Shown here: one piece after another, positions 24,454 through 36,282 of the stretch
Position numbering within the stretch: position 1 is the stretch's first letter
Layout: each line of letters opens with the position of its first letter
Notes under the pieces: generated by a model
Told to the model about the DNA's origin: nothing
Seen by the model: only the letters and a program-made list of their open reading frames with translations
Databases searched by the model: none
Assembly: GCA_002633005.1 (NCBI GenBank)
Contig: NMRA01000207.1
Span: 519,470-583,469 of the forward strand
DNA length: 64,000 bases
Reading direction: 5' to 3'
Source of the DNA: Phoronis australis
Lineage: Eukaryota > Animalia > Phoronida
Program-made: the position numbers and the translations under genes

Positions 24454-25900
24454 CAGCTTTGGATTCCTTTGAGTGGATGGTGGGGTATGATGATTGCTTT
24501 ACCTGTCCTCGAATTTGGTTTATTATGTCCCAATATTCCTTAAAATTTTTGGAGACATTGTTGATGTTGGAGATAATATTCATCTTGTTTTGTCTTTTTA
24601 ATGAGTTCTTCTACAGTGTTGCACTGTTCTTTGTAACCCTTCTGAACGATCTGTACAGTTTATTTCTTTTATTTATTTCAGACTTAATTTTATTGTTAAA
24701 CCACGGTTTGTTCTTGTTTTTTATTGTTTTCATGGTTGACGGGATATTATTATCTAGTATGTTGCAGAGTGACTGTGAACTTGAATGTTGAGACTGCGTC
24801 ATTTACAGTATGTCACTTTAGTTAAGTATTTCAGTCCAGTTAAATGTGGTTATGTCCGTGCGCAGTTTGTCCATGTTAATGAGGTTGTAATTCCAGATCT
24901 TTTTGATAATGTCTGTTTTTAGGTGCTCAGTTGAGTGTGAATGTTGTTTCTATAACGTTGTGGTCTGAGTTACCAATGGGAGGTCTAACAGAAGTGGATT
25001 CAATTAATCCGAGATTGTAATACATAAATCAAGGCAAGAATGTGAATACTCTATTAAACGCGTCGGCTCGTTTATTAGTTGTATACAGTCATTTGAGAGG
25101 AGAATATCGAATAATTCAAGACCAGCTTGGTTGTCATTGTCTTCTGAGTACCAAGTACTATTTCTTGCGTTGAAATCCACGTTGACAACAATTATTTTAT
25201 TAGTTTGTGAGAGTTATAGCAATTGTTCCGAAAAGGTCTTGAAATATGCTTTCCTTTCATGGGACGTCTGTGAGAGTGAGCGATAGAAAAACCATAATAT
25301 ACCTTCTTGTGGTTGACATAAAGTTCAACGCAACAGTTATTCATTGATTGTATAATTTTAGTATCAATTGTTTTGTAATTTACGGAGTTGTGGACAAACA
25401 CGATCAACCCCCTCCCGCCGATAGTATGGTGGGCAATGTTGTATTCTGGAATAATAAGTGCACTGAGGTTGTCTTCGGACAGTGTTCCGGATTCACATTT
25501 GGCTATGACCATGAAATTGTTGTCTATAATAAATTGCTTGAGAAGTTCAAATTGAAGATTGTTCGCCTTGATACTTTTGATTTTAGTGAATAAAACTTTG
25601 AAGCTGGATGAACCCTGAGCGTCTGGTCCTGGATTGACCTCTATGTCACCAGCAGTCAAAAGGCACAGCTCAATGAAAGCTTTGATATCACAACATGAGT
25701 TCGTCATTGTGTAGTAAACATTACGTAAGTGCGCAGTTCGGGGTCGTTTTCCAAGTTAATTACATTAAGTTAGGCTAAGTCTTGCGAACTATAGAAAACT
25801 GATGAATGTGTAACATTAAAAAGTGAAGTGGATAGGCGTACTAAGGATGTGAGATTAATACAAGTAGATGGAATTCAACGGTGTAGACAATTTGTACATG
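24454..25900 (-). mobile_element. Decayed CR1-group LINE, 5' part of ORF2 (2A-like motif plus APE endonuclease)
   Basis: The minus strand gives LCLLTAGDIEVNPGP, GGRGLIVFV, VDFNARNSTW, QLINEPTR...SCLDL, PPIGNSDH and KPWFNNKIK..I.KRNKLY. Frameshifted. Confidence 0.88.
25624..25686 (-). other. 2A-like (StopGo/ribosome skipping) oligopeptide motif
   Basis: IKAFIELCLLTAGDIEVNPGP fits the D(V/I)ExNPG|P consensus exactly, with the typical upstream LL..AG. Confidence 0.8.
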
Positions 25901-28900
25901 TGTAGAGCATGAATACTGTACTTTGGGATGAAGAGATATTACACAGGACAATGTAATTGGCACCCGAGTCAAATAGAGCTCTAAGTCAATACGATACTCG
26001 TTTGGCCATTTTAGCTTGAACGTATGTGGTGAGTACCGAGTCCAAAAACCTCAAAAAAGCAAAAATCTGTTGTAGCCGGAACGCTTTACGATTACGGTTC
26101 GAGTATCACCTAGGATCTATTCTTAATTCTAGGTATCATTCAGGGCAATATTTTACTGCAAACAAGTCTACCAAGTTCTAAATAACGATACTTATAATCA
26201 TTGTCAGAGCTGCGTAAAGTTGTATCACTCCAATCATGACCTTCGGTATTCATGCCGGAGTTATTTAGCCTAGTGATGAACAATAGGGCTTTGCATTGTG
26301 GGACAAATTTGGCGCGAAATATGATTTGATTGACACGTCGCAGATAAACAAGTTTTATGTACAAGGAAGGGCTTCCAAAAAGCGGCGATTTTAAATAGAA
26401 AAATACAGTTGTAAAGGTAAAACGAAATGTATTTGAAATTCTTACACATTTTGCCATGAATAAAAGAAATATTTCAAAAGCAACGAAATTTATTGAGACA
26501 GGGGTTCACGAATCTTTAAGAATGCAATGACGTTGATTTGGAAGATGAAATAGTTTTACACCTGTGACGAGGCAAGTTGTTTTGCAGAATATGGTTTATA
26601 TAACGCTTTTTTGTTTAATTTAACATTAGGCCAACTGAAGCATCCTGGGTAGAGTTTCGTAGACGAAAGAATCTCGCTAAGCAAGCTAGTGCGATCACGT
26701 GCTTCGCTTGCAATATATCGTAGATTATAGACAACAGATTCAAAATTCCGACATTTTCTTGCAAAATATCCCAGACAAGGCGCCACCATCTAAACATAGC
26801 AAGCTCAACTTTCGGTTAGTGTATTGTGACGGGAAATTCTTCCATCTATTTTAGTGTCTAGTACAATGAAAAAAATAATAATTTCGGCACTGAAACGTTA
26901 TTCAAGGTCTTCCAACTGCAGAGTCCAAAAATTTTGAGCGGCACCGGCGTGCATTCGAGCTTAAAATGAAATGTCAAGTACACTGCTGTTGAAGTGCGAG
27001 ATCGGTTTTTCAGTAGACCTGGGGGTTGATTCTGGAGTATTAAAATGAGCTTTACTGAAGAAGTTAACGTTGTACTGCGTTCAATTCATTTAAACACAGA
27101 TATGAGTTGGGCAAAATCGCCGATCCAAATCCCGACGAAATGACCGTAATTAGCGGACGAAGTACTTGCCGGAAGTAATGCGTGCTATATCTGCCAGGTG
27201 TCGCCAGTAAATAATGACGTCACGGCGTATGCGTAAGATCCAAGACCTCATTGGTAAAATCACAGATTTCGTCCAGTGAAAATATACGGAGTTGGCGGTC
27301 CATGTGCTATATTCTATGAATACGTGAAGTCTTGAGTGTTCCAACGGTTTTGCGAGATTCTCGGAACGCCAAAGTCCGGTCTGTGGTTGTTTTGAAAATT
27401 GATGCGGTGACGCGGCTTATTAGGTGTCTATATTTTCGAAAAAAGCTATTATCTGATTGGTGCTCATGTGTTTTTGTTATGAAGGTTTATTCCTAATGCC
27501 TGATGAAGCTTTGCTAATCACGAAAACGATTGAGCATCTATTTTTAATACCTGTTATTTTTAAGAAATCAAGGAGGCCACATCAAGCCAACATGTTGCTG
27601 TACATGCAAATGACCTTTTGGAATAGAAGGATACGCCGTGTTGTTTTCTGCCAATAACCATGAATAAGGAGCTTTATTCACGTACAGTAGTTACCATACA
27701 TTTTATTTAAAGAAAAACAACTGTGCGTAGAAAGGTTTAAAGAGTTGGATTTTTTAAATATTCTTATCAAATTTTCGAAAATTCAGTTTGACGGCAATAG
27801 TTCAAGACCCAAAACGTGTAACCAGACCTGTGTTTTGAAGAACAAGGGCCTGTTCCAAGAAAACTGTCTTAGGTAAGACAAATATTAAACTTAAATAGAA
27901 AATGAACTTAAGTCAATTTCTTGGAACGGGTCCCAAGTTTCTTACGAGAAAAACAATATCACGCCATGCATTACAACTCAACCACGTAATCACAATACCT
28001 TTTCCCGCGAGTGTCTTAGGTCTACTGCACGCAGCGCTGGCGAGGCTATGTGATGCTTGTAGGAGGAAGAAGCGTGTAAGATGCATTGTGACTCACAAAG
28101 ACCATTGAGCAAGAATGACTACGGAATTTCGCATTTCTTTATATAAACAAGTTATTGACATCATTCGTTTATCATATTTACAAAAAGCCAAGGTTTTATA
28201 GAATCCGATAACATCTGTTCCGATAAGTAAATATATGTTATACAACGTACATGTTTGTACCAGTGGTTGTTATATCGAGATCCGTGATATGCAAAAGTAT
28301 TTGAACGAGGGCGAAGGCCGACTTCAAATACTTGCATATCACGAGTCGAGAAATAATAACACACTTGACACAAACACGTAAGTTGTATAACATATATATC
28401 ATGTCCCCTATGCGCCCCGCTAATGATTCTTGAAAGAAGCGGGTTTACACAGATTGCTCCGCGTGTTTTTGTGTAGTTTGTCTCATTTTATCGATGATGA
28501 TCGCAGTTCGCGTGACACGTATACATGCACGCAATATTTTTATGAATGAATTTTTTGCAGCCTGCATGACACGGTAGTTCCAAGTTGTATTTTACAGCAG
28601 CTACAGGCTTGGGGTGCATATCTGCTATATTCAGTATTTTCGTCAGAGTTTAAGCTGAAATCTACTTCTAAGTTAAAATTTGCTTCCATTTGTGACGTTT
28701 TTCTTGACTTCGTTGAGTAGTACCTGTGCAGGACACCCAAACGTTGTGGCGTATGCACGTTCATACGCTTCTTAAATATGCTCGTTGCGCGCGGTTATTA
28801 CCGATTTTAGGTAGAAAATGTTTAGAAATCTATCATAAAATTGACAAAAATATCGGGTTTACAGCAGTTGCAGTTTTGCTTTTGGGCTCGACGTATTTTG

Positions 28901-29699
28901 ATTTGTTTTGAGAACGATTTTAAAATTTTAGTCATATTTGACTATACAGAACCTCATCTGGTGTAGTGCAATTGGTGACCAAAAGGTGTCATGCTTTGGT
29001 AATGTTTATTACTTTCCTAATCCCAAATGTATTGTGGCAAGTTCGAGACTTTTTGTGATCGAAGTGTTTTGTTCAGATGCAAAACCATACGGTATATTAA
29101 GAAAAATTGTCAGCAATATTTTATTTCACGTAATTGTTTAACTTTAAAACACATATCGTAGTGGTGACATGTGAAAAATTGCGCATGGAACTGAACCCGA
29201 AGTGATACCACATAATGCAGTTTACAGTGAAACAACACGTGAGGGTGAGATAGAAGGTCGTTTATATTATGATAAACTAAACTACTACATGTACACATGT
29301 CGATAAATACAAGTTATATAATATGTTGAGCTGTATATAGCCGGACACTCAGCACTACTGCAGGTATAACGAAGGTACTGTATATAATATGTTGAGCTAT
29401 AAAGATAGGTAACACAATCCAAAGCAACATCGACATGATAAAATTGAGAGTAGATAGAAAAGGAAAAAAGGGAAACACGGATTGATGGAGGGAGGGATGT
29501 AGAAATTGACTGAAAAAATACAAAGTGGAAGACAAATTAAGGACAGTGTTGCGACGAGACAAAGAAATCACGTAGTACAGTTAAACCAATAGTGGGAGAA
29601 CAAAAAGGGTCCAGTCACTAACCCAAGAACCAAAACAATATGATAATGAAGACGAAGCAGTGCAGCTAAAATAGAATAATTTAATACTTAAGGAATATT

Positions 29700-30686
29700 T
29701 ATATGCGTTAACTACGAAGCGATACCGAATCTAGTTAACAGTGGAACTACTATATGTCATGGTAATCTAAACTACTACATATATAGATAAATACACCAGT
29801 TATATGATATATTGAGTTGTAAATGTGGGTGACAATCTGCCACAGTTATAGCAGAAGGATGCATAAGCCCATCCAAGGGAAAGCGACTGACGCTGTCAAA
29901 AATTAGGAAACATCGACCTGAAGTAATGTTAAACTGTAAACCAATATAACCTGTGTTAGACATGGAGAGAACTATGGCTGGCTAGGAGATGAGCCAACAA
30001 CAAGTATAATAAGGATTGGAATAGGTGCCCGGGAGGGAGAACCCCGAAACGTTAAGTGGTAGAGAGGCGACGAAAAATGGGCTGGAAACTGACAATACAG
30101 TTGGCGCGATGATGAAAATGCAGAGTGGATGCCGGAAACTGGCAACGCAGGTACTCGTAAAAAGGAAATGTTGGTGAGCATGTCACTAGACATTGCCAAC
30201 TCAGTAGCCCCCGAGATGAAGATGGGTAGTGACAATACAATTGCCCTTACGAAAAGGGTTGGTGAGTGGGACGTGGCACTGGCAATACAGTTGGCCAGTT
30301 TGTGAGAAAAGGTGTGATGAGGTTGAGCGCTTTCGATACAGCTGCTCATTGGAGAGACGGAGGATTAAAACAACGTGTGAGTGGGAGCGTTAGTAGCCGC
30401 GGGGAAGTGGAGGGATGGGAGACGAATGTATTTCCTGAGCGCGTCGGACGACCAGCGACTCGAACGCTGAATGGTCGAGTCGTCGATTTGGAGGGTCGCA
30501 GCTGAGACGGTTGCGCCAATACGGAAACTATGAGATTTGTACCGTTTAGGATGGAGACCAATGCACTAGAATACAAAGTCAAGGTTGTGAATGAAGTACA
30601 TATGTGAGCGAGTTATGGGGGAACCATTGGGGAACTGGAAGAGAGGTGCGGATGAGTGGTTGGAGAGATTGAGGTAGTGCTGAAGT
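29700..30686 (-). mobile_element. DIRS/Ngaro-type retroelement relic, tyrosine recombinase C-terminus (copy 1)
   Basis: The minus strand gives LQHYL...APLFQFPNGSPITR and GLHPKRYKSHSFRIGAT..AA....STIQRSSRWSSDALRKYIR. This is the YR HxxR box (30512-30532) plus the catalytic Tyr. The left boundary is approximate. Confidence 0.85.
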
Positions 30687-31630
30687 NCCGTTAAGCAGAA
30701 AATGCGACAGAGGACACGTGGGGTTACGTTCCGTAGACGCAAGACACTCTCGAGAAATGCTAGTGTGGTCAATCACGTTCTGCGCTTGTAATAGATGGCG
30801 AGATCTCGCGACAAATTGAGTGTTCTCCATTTTTCACAAGAAGCGTCCATAGAATGAAGCCCAGCTTGGCTGCGTTCAGTGTAACAAGTTCTTGAGAGAA
30901 TAAAGTTAAAAGATCAGACCAATCTGGATCTCTTTTTATTCATGAAAGTGTCTCTCAAATGCGCTAGCGAGCTGCAAAAAACGTAGTACCTAAATGCCAC
31001 AATTTTAATTACTGAACATTCGGATGATCTATCCTGTGTTCAACCATTTCCTATGGTGCGATTATTCAGTTAACATCGCACCAGAGAGTTGATTTATTCG
31101 TTTTTTATACACAGGCTCATCGAAATAAGAAAATACTCATTTTAACAGAGGAGATGGATTCAATACTGGTAATGACAAAAATAATTATGATAATAATAAT
31201 TATCATAATTATATTATCATACTTCCCTTGGTGGTCGTGACTGTGATGATACATGCAGTAGCAGCTGCAGCAATGAGATATTTTTTACATCTAAAATGAT
31301 TTAAGAAGCAGAGCCATTTTTGACAATACCATTGTTTTGGGGTGAGACACTTTACTCTCTGTTTTAGATGACGGAAATGAAGGAATTTTGTAGGAGAAAA
31401 GGTACGAATTCGACTTTTATTTGTTAGCCAGCTACTTAGGGGATATGAAGCTTCAAAGTTCACTATTTCAGGTATTTTTTCCTGGCGCAATCTGTTAACG
31501 CTTCGTATTTATTGGATGGGAAGTCTCATTTTCTGCGTACATCGCATTAAAAGATCGATAACGCACCGGTATCGCATCGATAACGCATTGCCAGGTAGTT
31601 GGTTTTACGCATGCAGGTAATATCCTCAGT

Positions 31631-32206
31631 TTAAAGAAGCATGGGTTGCGAAAGCTCATCAAAAATATCTTTTAAAGAATTTCTGACGAAAGTACCATCC
31701 TGCAACATCTAGGACAGAATATTTCACTTTTCCCTGTGGGGAAATACGCTGAACAATCGCAAAATTCACGATTTTTGAAGTACGCGAGAAGGAAAAACTT
31801 GGTTACCACAGAGTTTCCTATCTTCCTTCCGCTTATGATAAATGCGTTCATGCACTCACAGTCAGTTGTTTGAAGTCGCTTGAGGTTAAAAGGTTACATT
31901 TTCCACATCAGAGAAAGGTGCTACGTCTATTTTGCCACTCCAAATAAGGAGACGTGCTTTGCCTTGAGGGAGGAAAATCAACGAAGTGGCGAGTAGATAA
32001 CAGACCGTTTTTTGAAATTTTAAACTAAAAGAAAATGCTTTGATATGAATAGAAATTAAAAACATTTACTATCAAACCCTAAAAATACCTGGTAAGCTGA
32101 TTGAAATCTGTTTCAGTGGCAGAAAACCACTTTCAACTACATTGCAATTTAGTCTGTTTATCGAGTTCCAGACCTCTGTATTACCAAATTAAAAGGCTGT
32201 CTTTAA
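31631..32206 (+). mobile_element. TTAA-flanked non-autonomous DNA transposon (Kolobok-like); duplicate at 43261-43836
   Basis: ttaa-AG...CT-ttaa ends; homologous to 7304-8190. Confidence 0.65.
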
Positions 32207-32700
32207 GTTAACGTCTGGTTGTACATAAATGATTTTTAATATTCATTACAAAATATACAAAGCACGATAATAAGAGTTAAGCCCATGTTTACGCCCTGCC
32301 TAAAATATAGGGGGTCGAATTTTTTAGTATGTGGGCCTTGTACTGAAAAAATAAACTGGGACTAAAACACAAAAAACGGGGTACTACGTTCAGGCCTATG
32401 AATTGTGCATTCCCGCCGAATTCCTGAGGACTTGTCTCGTTTTCTCGGATTTTCTGTTTCTCTGGGGTGGACCTTTTTGCCCATTTCGCCAAATGGGGGG
32501 CTCATTGATTCGAGCCCCTCCGACAACCCCCCGGGTGCGCCCATGAAGCCCAGAAAGCACTACAGAGCATTATATCTGGGCGTAACTTGAAATGACTTTC
32601 ATCATCCCACTTAACTGCATACTGTTACAAAAATATTCTCTTGTTCTTTTCTGTCGATTCTTTACAGGTTGGTGCCCGCCGATGTATGGCTGTATCGAAA

Positions 32701-33885
32701 TCAAAAGCTATCAGTTGAGGGTTCCATGTTCCTTTGAAGAATAGAAAACTTGGCTGGCTGGCTGGCTGAAGTGACTGACGATATCGAGAAGTTGGCTGTT
32801 GCACAATCTTGTTCGTTCGAAAAATCCTTAGGCGGGTTTGACCTAAGCCCGAAGCTATTCACGTCGGGATGAGGGCGTGGCTGATGACCCAGTATGGAAA
32901 CCTTGCAACCACTGAACGAGTCGCATAGAATCTGATGCGCCTCACGTCGAAACAACGGGCAGGAGGATACGTAAAGGTAGAAATTTGCAGCGTGGTCGAC
33001 GGGAATTGTGATCGGTATAACCGTCTCAAATATCTGCTCCTCTACTGTCATCTTACAGTGACCAATGCAGTTCAGGTGTAGGAAACTGTGAACCATGTGT
33101 GGTAAGGTGAAAATCAGAAAGAAAATCGACACGGTGATCAAAAGACGCGTTATCATCCGACTGTGTTTCGAATAGAATACGCTTTTGCTGCGACCAATGA
33201 TTTTGGCTTTTTGTGTCTTAATAACGGTCAGTATTATGATGTTGCACGCGCTGATGACGACGAAAGGAACTGCACAGTAGAAAACGAGATGAATAACGCT
33301 ATTTCCCGGGTGGAAGTGGTCCGAGTGCTCGGGTTCCAGTTTGCACACGCCGTCTACGGGTTTTGATGTGAAGAATGCATGTGAAGAATACGAAAACGAG
33401 ATTATGAACAACAGATAAACCGCAACAATGCCACGTTTCACTGTGCATATCTGTTTGACTTTAAACGGTAGTAGAACTGCAATCGCACGGTCAACGGACA
33501 TTGCTACTAGAATCCATGCAGATGCCATCTGACTTCCATTCGAGAGAAAACGAGAAAATCCACAGCCAAAATAGGTGCTCGTAACCGGCCTGGAAACATC
33601 GGCGTAGATCTCAATGTACAATAACGAAGATACCATAACTACGGTATTCGACAAAGCGAGGCCAATGAAGTAGACGACAGACGTCAGAGGTCGACGACGT
33701 AGTAAAATGCTGAACAGAGCCAGCGCAACTACATTTCCAACGAGTCCAACCACAGACACAATTATTCGCACGTACAAGCATATTTCACGCCAAATCCGAA
33801 GAGTTTCAACTTCTGTAGAAGTCGAACAATCTTCCAGTTCTTGACAAATGCTCGTATTGAACGAGGTGGTATTGTTGAGTTCCAT
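32701..33885 (-). CDS. Intronless class A GPCR, FMRFamide/peptide-receptor-like orphan (GPCR-2, 394 aa)
   Basis: 7TM pattern with GLVGN, LALSNT, SVDRAIAV.LP, VPF, TLP and VDHAANFYLY; N-glycosylation sites NNTT and NTS. Clear paralog of GPCR-1. Confidence 0.94.
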   Translation of the reverse strand: MELNNTTSFNTSICQELEDCSTSTEVETLRIWREICLYVRIIVSVVGLVGNVVALALFSILLRRRPLTSVVYFIGLALSNTVVMVSSLLYIEIYADVSRPVTSTYFGCGFSRFLSNGSQMASAWILVAMSVDRAIAVLLPFKVKQICTVKRGIVAVYLLFIISFSYSSHAFFTSKPVDGVCKLEPEHSDHFHPGNSVIHLVFYCAVPFVVISACNIIILTVIKTQKAKIIGRSKSVFYSKHSRMITRLLITVSIFFLIFTLPHMVHSFLHLNCIGHCKMTVEEQIFETVIPITIPVDHAANFYLYVSSCPLFRREAHQILCDSFSGCKVSILGHQPRPHPDVNSFGLRSNPPKDFSNEQDCATANFSISSVTSASQPAKFSILQRNMEPSTDSF

Positions 33886-35832
33886 GTGAGATTGAGCTTT
33901 TTTTCGTTTTCACAAGCTTCTTGTCATCCTTGTCATCTTGTCACGTTCTAGGTTATTTTTAAAGAGTCGCGAAGATTCAATCACATTATCGTTGAACTTG
34001 TGTTTATTACTTGCTACGTCTTAAGGTAGTTCAATTTAATGGCCTAAACGGCTTATCCTGTCATCTTGTCCAAAGGGTATTAAAATTAATTACGTGGATG
34101 ATGTGACTTACAAGTTCATCATTTGATTTTAATGCAAATCTGCACCCAGAGTTTATTCTCTGAACTAAGGCTCAACTAAGACTCCGATTTGAAACTTGGT
34201 AATCACATTGCATAGTCCGTGTACAAATACTCGAAGCGTGCCACGCAGAAGGTCAAATTTCGAGTCTAAGTTTCGAGTACAGACATAGGAAACCGGACCC
34301 AGTCTTGGTAATAATCAGCGACGTACAGTGAGTAGACACAATTTAATCCCCAAAACGTATTTTAGCGACTCTAACATTGATTAAAAAAGATGGAAAACTT
34401 GACAAATGTGTGACTCACAACCACTTTTTGTCTAAGCAGATTGCTGCTCATTAACTCTGTCAATTATCGCGATCGTTGTGTTTTATATGCTTTTTATCAT
34501 GTTTGATTAATTAATTAAAATTTCTCTGTGCTATGCTTATCAGCCAGCCATTCTCAAGTTACGAAAACTACGACTAATGATATTGCATCGCGGAAAATTT
34601 GTCACTTGTGAAGAATATCATTTGGGCATGTCACGCAACGAGACGAATCACTATCTTTTACCCAGGTACAAAAATCCTCAAAGCTGCGTGCGTATCATTG
34701 CATGTTTGATAATTATCACGTAAAATTTAATCGTGGTGACCGGAAGTGAGACATTGTTAATCAAACGTCAATGATCTCCGACTAGGGAGTCTGCTGATTA
34801 GATTCCACATCCAACTAGGTGGAATCGACCCTCTGGGAAAAGCTTGAAGTAGAAACGAACAACACACTTACAAGGTTTCGTTGAATCGTTAAATTTGCCA
34901 ATTGATAACAAAGGGTGACTGACATTTGCAGTTTCCGTCTCCTTTTGACTGTTCTGGTAATTTTAGATCATGCGGCACTCTTTGCTGTGAATATTCATGC
35001 GATCACTCGGAGAGGGGCTCGAGGGACTCGGACGAGCGAATTTAAACTACTGATACTTTAAATCTATCTGAATGGAAGCGGCTTTGAAAAATCTTTTAAA
35101 TTTATGCACATGCTTGTATCAGCTTCTGTGTTATTTTCTTTTGGTATCGTTGTGCTCAATCACGCTACCTCGTTCGCTGGTAGGCGTAAATATAAATACA
35201 TGCATCATAATATGCGTCTTGTTACGACCATTTACACCAGCAAGACGTTACTAGTCCCCCTCGTTATACTGAAAAACCGTAATTTTTTGTATTCTGTCCT
35301 GTTTATGATCTTCTGATACTTACAGTGTATTAATGCCAGGGTATGTAGGACAGGGCAGGTAGAGTTTATGACCTTTGAGTTTTGTCACACTTATTTTGTG
35401 GCGGGGTGTTGTCAGTATAAATGTACTAGTAACATATTTGTGTGCCAGTAAATGTCGGATTCAACTGAATTGAGGGATTAACTTGGTTGAATTCTGACTT
35501 TTGCTGAAGTGGAGTGCATGTATGGTACCAGTACGGTATAGTAACTTTGTACCTGCTACACTAGACATTTCCCTTTTACTGTCACGATGTCATTTTACTG
35601 CGTGATAGTGATATTTTGAAATAAGAATATTTTGAAATAAATCAAAACTTTATTGTTTGAAATGGTGACAGTATCTCAATGTGTTGTTTCTGTGTGAACA
35701 TTTTTCTTGTCCTTCTCGTTCTGGATGGCCAATAGTATGGACGTATGCCTGTTACTGACAGAAAAAAACGACGAATCCCCACATCATGGTCGCATAAAAG
35801 GGGTAAATTGAGTGGCGCAAAAATTAATATTG

Positions 35833-36282
35833 GGTTTCTATTATTATTTTTCTACTTTGTGTTGAGGTGAATCACACGAAGGCACGCCTCAAATCTTTTT
35901 GTTAGAATAAATCAAGTGACATCCGGTCAATATTCTGAAATTCCACAATTGTACAACAAAATTAATTTTTTTCTACATGGATGTCAAAAACTCAACCCAA
36001 ATGAAAATAAGGTTTTATTTGAAATAGTATCAGAATTTCTTTATAACATTAAATCTCTTTGTGTAGGTGGATAGAATTGTATACGTGTATGAAAATGAAT
36101 TATTTACATTCGTAATTATATTATTGTAATCTTAACATCAGTTTTTTATTGATGTATTCGTGTATTATAATTGTATATAGACTTCTTTGTATTTTTTTAA
36201 CTCAGATCTAATGCCTCTTGTCGCTTTCTGGGTTATGTATATTCATTGTATTCCGAAGATTTCGTAATAAACATTAAAAACA
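35833..36282 (+). mobile_element. 5'-truncated 3' end of the CR1-group LINE family seen at 17320-17760; duplicate at ~49833-50285
   Basis: Reverse-complement match to 17320-17700 (atggatgtcaa.aactcaacccaaatgaaaat.aggttttatt.gaaatagtatca); encodes FFLHGCQKLNPNENKVLFEIVSEF; ends aataaacattaaaaa. Confidence 0.8.

Noticed and set aside
29972-30349. 125-aa ORF conserved in both duplicates (also 39629-40006) as a host gene
   Set aside because: Its conservation is explained by the recent duplication, and it lies inside the YR retroelement relic.
35833-36282. The same LINE 3' end upstream of all three GPCRs as a shared regulatory module
   Set aside because: Orientation and distance differ between GPCR-1 and GPCR-2/3, so independent insertions of an abundant family explain it.
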